Of a stretch of 64,000 nt of DNA, positions 60,418 through 64,000 are shown in pieces. The translations under genes were made by a program, and so were the position numbers. The stretch spans positions 192,769-256,768 of the forward strand of contig JBAQNN010000003.1 of the NCBI GenBank assembly GCA_049303835.1. The letters run 5' to 3'. Each line of letters opens with the position of its first letter. The stretch's first letter is position 1. This stretch comes from Minisyncoccia bacterium. GTDB taxonomy: Bacteria > Patescibacteriota > Minisyncoccia > Phycocordibacterales > UBA9973. Below the pieces are notes generated by a model. The model was not told the DNA's origin. It saw only the letters and a list, made by a program, of their open reading frames with translations, and searched no databases.

Positions 60418-61444
60418 CTTGATTACCTATCAAAACATCTTTATAAAGCGGAATGTCATCCAGGATCACTCCTGTTCCCCGAGCTACCGCCGAGAGAGGG
60501 TCTTCCACTACATAGACTGGAATTTTGAGAACTTTTTGCAAAAGTTGATCAAGCCCTGGCAGCAGAGCTCCGCCCCCAGATAAAGTGATACCTCTTTGCA
60601 TAATATCAGACAATATTTCCGGCGGAGTAGTTTCCAACATATCTTTGACTCCATCCACCAATCCTCTTACTGAAGACGCTAGTGCCTCCCTAATATCAGA
60701 ATCTGTAACTACTACTTCTCTCGGCAACCCAGTCAAAAGATCGCGTCCATGAACTTCCGTCTCCATATACTCTCCTGGAATAGCAGAACCGATAGCAATT
60801 TTTATCATTTCAGCTGTTCTTTCTCCGATTAAAATCTTAAACTCATCACGCATATAAGTGATGATATCGTTGTTCAACTGATCACCCGCAATTTTCAAGT
60901 TTCTTGATTTAACAATTCCACCTAAAGAAATCACTGCCACGTCCGTAGTGCCACCACCTATATCTATAATCATAGATCCGACAGGATCATTAATAGGAAG
61001 CCGTATGCCGATAGCAGCTGCCATAGGCTCCTCCACCAAGAAAACTTCCCTGGCGCCGGCAGACCTCGCCGCATCATATACTGCGCGCGTCTCAACGTTT
61101 GTCGTGCCGGAAGGGACCCCGACCAAAACTCTCGGTCGGGCAATTTTTTTAGAAATTTTATCCGCTTTGTTTATCAAATAAGAAAGCATTTCCTCGGTAA
61201 CTTCAAAGTCAGAAATAACCCCCTCCACCAAAGGGCGAACAGCCTTGATGTGTCCTGGGGTACGCCCAAGCATCTCCTTGGCTTGTGTGCCGACAGCCAA
61301 AATTTGATTGGTTTTGACATTGACAGCAACGACCGAAGGCTCGTTTATCACGATGCCATGTCCTTTCAAATATACCAGGGTATTTGAGGTCCCCAAGTCT
61401 ATGCCTATGTCATTGCTAATTAATCTGTATAATTTTTCAAGCAT
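60398..61444 (-). CDS. mreB: Rod shape-determining protein MreB
   Basis: Actin-fold motifs IGIDLGTSNTLVY, DIGGGTTDVAVIS. Confidence 0.9.
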
Positions 61445-62694
61445 GTCAATAATTCATCAAGCGTTACAATTTTGCCTTTTTCTTCGGTGCGCTTTTTTAA
61501 TTCTATCCCTCCTTCCTTGATGCTCCTTGGGGAAACTACGGCCCGGTAAGGCATCCCGAGCAAATCCGCATCGGAAAACTTTTCTCCGGCGGACATCCCA
61601 GCGCGGTCATCAAACAAAACTTCCACTCCCGCTTGAGAGAGACTCTCGTAAACTTTATTTGCTTCTTTCATAACCGCTTCATCGTCACCCAGGGCAAGCA
61701 AGTGAATAGTAAACGGCGCAATAGCTTCCGGCCAGACTATACCTTTATCGTCAGATGAAACCTCCACCACTGTGCCCATCAATCGTCCCAGACCAATGCC
61801 ATAGGAACCCATAAAAACAGGGGTTTTTTCTCCATTTTTATCTACATAGGAGAGCCCCAATGCTTCAGATTTGCTGGTTCCTAAGGTAAAAATATTACCC
61901 ACCTCAATCGCTTTGTGTTCTACCAACTTATCTTTCTCCAAACCTAAACTTATTAACACCTCTTCCTCCATTACTTCTTTGTTTACTGCCATAGCCTTGT
62001 CTTCGCTTACATATATAGTATCTTCACCGGCAGAAGTAAGGGTTTGGAATTCATGAGAGTATTTTGAAAAAGCGCCACCGGAAGCAAAAGTTAAATAAGT
62101 CACATGCCCAATGCCCGTTCTCTTAAAAATATTCTGATAAACTGCCTTCATTTTTTCGTAAAAAATATTATGTTCTTCCTCATTTTTAGAAAAGGAATAA
62201 AGCGCCTTCCAATAAAATTCTCTACCTCTTAAAATTCCCGATTTGCTTCTGGTTTCATTTCGTAAAATATCTTTAAAATCATAAAGGTGTAGGGGTAAAT
62301 CCTTATAAGAACTAACGTACTGTTTTAAAATGTTGGCAAAATTTTCTTCATTACTCCACGACAAACCAACTTCTCCGCCATTTTTGAGTTTTGTTTTAAA
62401 CCAAATATCTACTTCATTATCATCCCACCGATTGGTTTTCTCCCAAATTTCTCTATCTTGAAGAATGGATGTTTTCATTTCTATGCCACCCACTTTATTC
62501 ATTTCATCTCTAATGATGCCTTCAATCTTTTTAATAACACGCAAACCAAGTGGTAAAAAGCTATACACCCCGGCCATTTCTTTGTGAATAAAACCGCCCC
62601 GAGTCAAAAGCTCGGCATTCCTGGATGTCTCATCTGCCGGCGCTTCTTTCCTGGTTTTAGTGAAAAGTTTAGATTGCTTCATACTATTATTCAT
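61420..62694 (-). CDS. proS: Prolyl-tRNA synthetase (short, archaeal/eukaryote-like form lacking the INS editing domain)
   Basis: Class II motifs, TRGGFIHKEMAGVYSFLPLGLRVIKKIE N-terminus typical of ProRS; 424 aa. Confidence 0.8.
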   Translation of the reverse strand: MNNSMKQSKLFTKTRKEAPADETSRNAELLTRGGFIHKEMAGVYSFLPLGLRVIKKIEGIIRDEMNKVGGIEMKTSILQDREIWEKTNRWDDNEVDIWFKTKLKNGGEVGLSWSNEENFANILKQYVSSYKDLPLHLYDFKDILRNETRSKSGILRGREFYWKALYSFSKNEEEHNIFYEKMKAVYQNIFKRTGIGHVTYLTFASGGAFSKYSHEFQTLTSAGEDTIYVSEDKAMAVNKEVMEEEVLISLGLEKDKLVEHKAIEVGNIFTLGTSKSEALGLSYVDKNGEKTPVFMGSYGIGLGRLMGTVVEVSSDDKGIVWPEAIAPFTIHLLALGDDEAVMKEANKVYESLSQAGVEVLFDDRAGMSAGEKFSDADLLGMPYRAVVSPRSIKEGGIELKKRTEEKGKIVTLDELLTCLKNYTD

Positions 62695-62766
62695 ACTTGC
62701 ATCTTACCCGAAAAAAGTCTTTTGCGCAATTTGCAAAGAGGGTAAGTTTCTGCTATATTAATTCAT

Positions 62767-63495
62767 ATGCAAAAAGTAAAAAACACGCAGGAAAGTAACG
62801 ATACAATCGTTGAAAAGATGTTTCAGGCCGGGGCGCATTACGGCTACAGCAAGACCAGAAGACACCCCTCTGTCTCAAAGTACATATACACTACCAAAAA
62901 TAAAGTAGATATAATCAACCTGGAAAAGACCAACATCATGCTGGAAACCGCTCTTCTGTTTGTAAAAAATCTCGGAGCCCAAAACAAAACCGTTCTTTTT
63001 GTAGGCACCAAACCGGAAGCGAAAGTAGCCACCAAAGGCATGGCAGAATCTTTGAATATGCCTTACGTTACAGAGAGATGGATCGGGGGTACACTTTCTA
63101 ATTTCACTGAAATAAAAAAGAGGATAACCGAACTGGAAAATTATCGCAAGGATAGCGCTACTGGTGGATTGGACAAGTATACTAAAAAGGAACGCGTAGT
63201 AATGGCCAAAAAAATGGAGAAACTCACCAGATATTATTCTGGATTGATCGGCCTGAAAAAAGCTCCGGATGCATTACTCATCATAGATGCGAGAAATGAA
63301 CACATTGCAGCCACTGAAGCCAGAAAGTCCGGCATCCCGGTAATCGCTTTGGTAAATTCCGACTCAAACATCAAGGGCCTTGACTACCCTATCGTAGGAA
63401 ACGATGCCGGAATACCTTCAATCAAATTCTTCATTGCCGCGATCGGTAATGCTTACAAAGAAGGCCAAACCACTTTACCAGAAAAAAAATCTTAA
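62767..63495 (+). CDS. rpsB: 30S ribosomal protein S2
   Basis: MFQAGAHYGYSKTRRHPSVSKYIY, ALLIIDARNEHIAATEARKSGIPVIALVNSDSN. Confidence 0.95.
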   Translation: MQKVKNTQESNDTIVEKMFQAGAHYGYSKTRRHPSVSKYIYTTKNKVDIINLEKTNIMLETALLFVKNLGAQNKTVLFVGTKPEAKVATKGMAESLNMPYVTERWIGGTLSNFTEIKKRITELENYRKDSATGGLDKYTKKERVVMAKKMEKLTRYYSGLIGLKKAPDALLIIDARNEHIAATEARKSGIPVIALVNSDSNIKGLDYPIVGNDAGIPSIKFFIAAIGNAYKEGQTTLPEKKS

Positions 63496-63501
63496 ATATC
63501 T

Positions 63502-64000
63502 ATGTCTAATCAAATAACCACAGAACAAGTTAAAGAACTTCGTGATGCAACTGGTATTTCCGTAATGCAATGCAAACGTGCCCTAGAAGAAGCAGGTGGT
63601 GATATGAATAAGGCCCTTGCTATTTTAAAGAAAACCAGTTCAGATATCGCTTTGAAAAAAGTAAGTCGTGAAGTAAAAGACGGCAGAGTCTCTATCAAGA
63701 CAGATGAAAACAGAGCTGTCTTAGTATCTTTGCATTGCGAAACAGATTTTGTTGCGAGAAATGAAGATTTTGCAAAACTACTTAACGAATTAACGGAAAA
63801 AGCTTTCAGAGATGGTGTAGAAAAGATGAAAAATGAGGCAAAAGACTTGATAGATCCTATAATTCAGAAAACTGGAGAAAATATCCAGCTGGGAGAAGTT
63901 TTTGAATTAACCGGGGAAGTCTTGGGTAATTATGTTCACAACAACAAAACAGGCGTCATCGTAAGTCTGACTGGTGGCTCCACAGAGCTCGCTAAAGATA
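63502..64000 (+). CDS. tsf: Elongation factor Ts, N-terminal part (runs off window)
   Basis: MSNQITTEQVKELRDATGISVMQCKRALEEAGGDMNKALAILKK UBA-like N-terminus; classic rpsB-tsf pair. Confidence 0.9.
   Translation, partial: MSNQITTEQVKELRDATGISVMQCKRALEEAGGDMNKALAILKKTSSDIALKKVSREVKDGRVSIKTDENRAVLVSLHCETDFVARNEDFAKLLNELTEKAFRDGVEKMKNEAKDLIDPIIQKTGENIQLGEVFELTGEVLGNYVHNNKTGVIVSLTGGSTELAKD

Overview
This is an AT-rich, gene-dense bacterial window that uses the standard genetic code. Nearly all ORFs are short and tightly packed, and the gene content (split transketolase, eukaryote-type phosphomannomutase, DUF3494, sortase, many small membrane proteins) fits a small-genome Patescibacteria/CPR-like organism; that taxon call is inference only.

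Layout:
- 1-4.5 kb: leuS (5' part), a membrane protein, an rRNA methyltransferase-like gene, ychF, and small membrane proteins.
- 4.6-14.4 kb: one long minus-strand gene string. It runs csoR, copA, an HMA-permease fusion, a cupredoxin-like protein, HlyD/MacB/ABC efflux genes, a small ORF, then a PAS histidine kinase and a response regulator. A textbook CsoR-type palindromic operator sits in front of csoR.
- 14.4-20.6 kb: an LTD surface protein, a PfkB kinase, and a pentose-phosphate operon (rpiB-rpe-split tkt).
- 20.7-30.6 kb: a GC-rich mini-ORF with a poly-C tract upstream of a cysteine-synthase-like gene, then gap, dnaE, pth, lepB, hisS, def, fmt and hpf.
- 30.6-36.1 kb: a candidate beta-mannoside phosphorolysis cluster. 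It holds three GH130 domains (one with a Lys-rich N-terminal tail), a cupin phosphomannose isomerase, a eukaryote-type PMM and a HIGH-motif nucleotidyltransferase.
- 36-40 kb: SIMPL, MFS, bL34, VIT, mscL with a C-terminal zinc ribbon, and DUF4870.
- 40.5-52 kb: an accessory cell-surface region. Two paralogous cassettes each pair a large secreted beta-rich protein (one carries a DUF3494/ice-binding-like domain) with a small C-terminally anchored protein, and both sit behind a conserved ~80-bp leader. The region also holds an ECF sigma factor, a PAS protein, a repeat protein and an FG-GAP protein that share a peptidoglycan-binding module (inverted DNA repeats), a CAP-domain protein and a sortase.
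- 52-56.2 kb: tRNA-Asn, a PLD/cardiolipin synthase, tRNA-Ala, an islet of small hypothetical genes that includes an anomalously GC-rich ORF, a candidate sRNA, and RNase P RNA.
- 56.2-64 kb: DUF192, a SpeA-like decarboxylase preceded by a second GC-rich promoter-to-terminator cassette, tgt, mreCB, proS, rpsB and tsf (5' part).

Coordinates I derived by hand rather than from the ORF track may be off by 1-2 nt; in two places my base counts disagreed by 1 nt with track ORF starts. I saw no CRISPR array, rRNA gene, transposase or reverse transcriptase.
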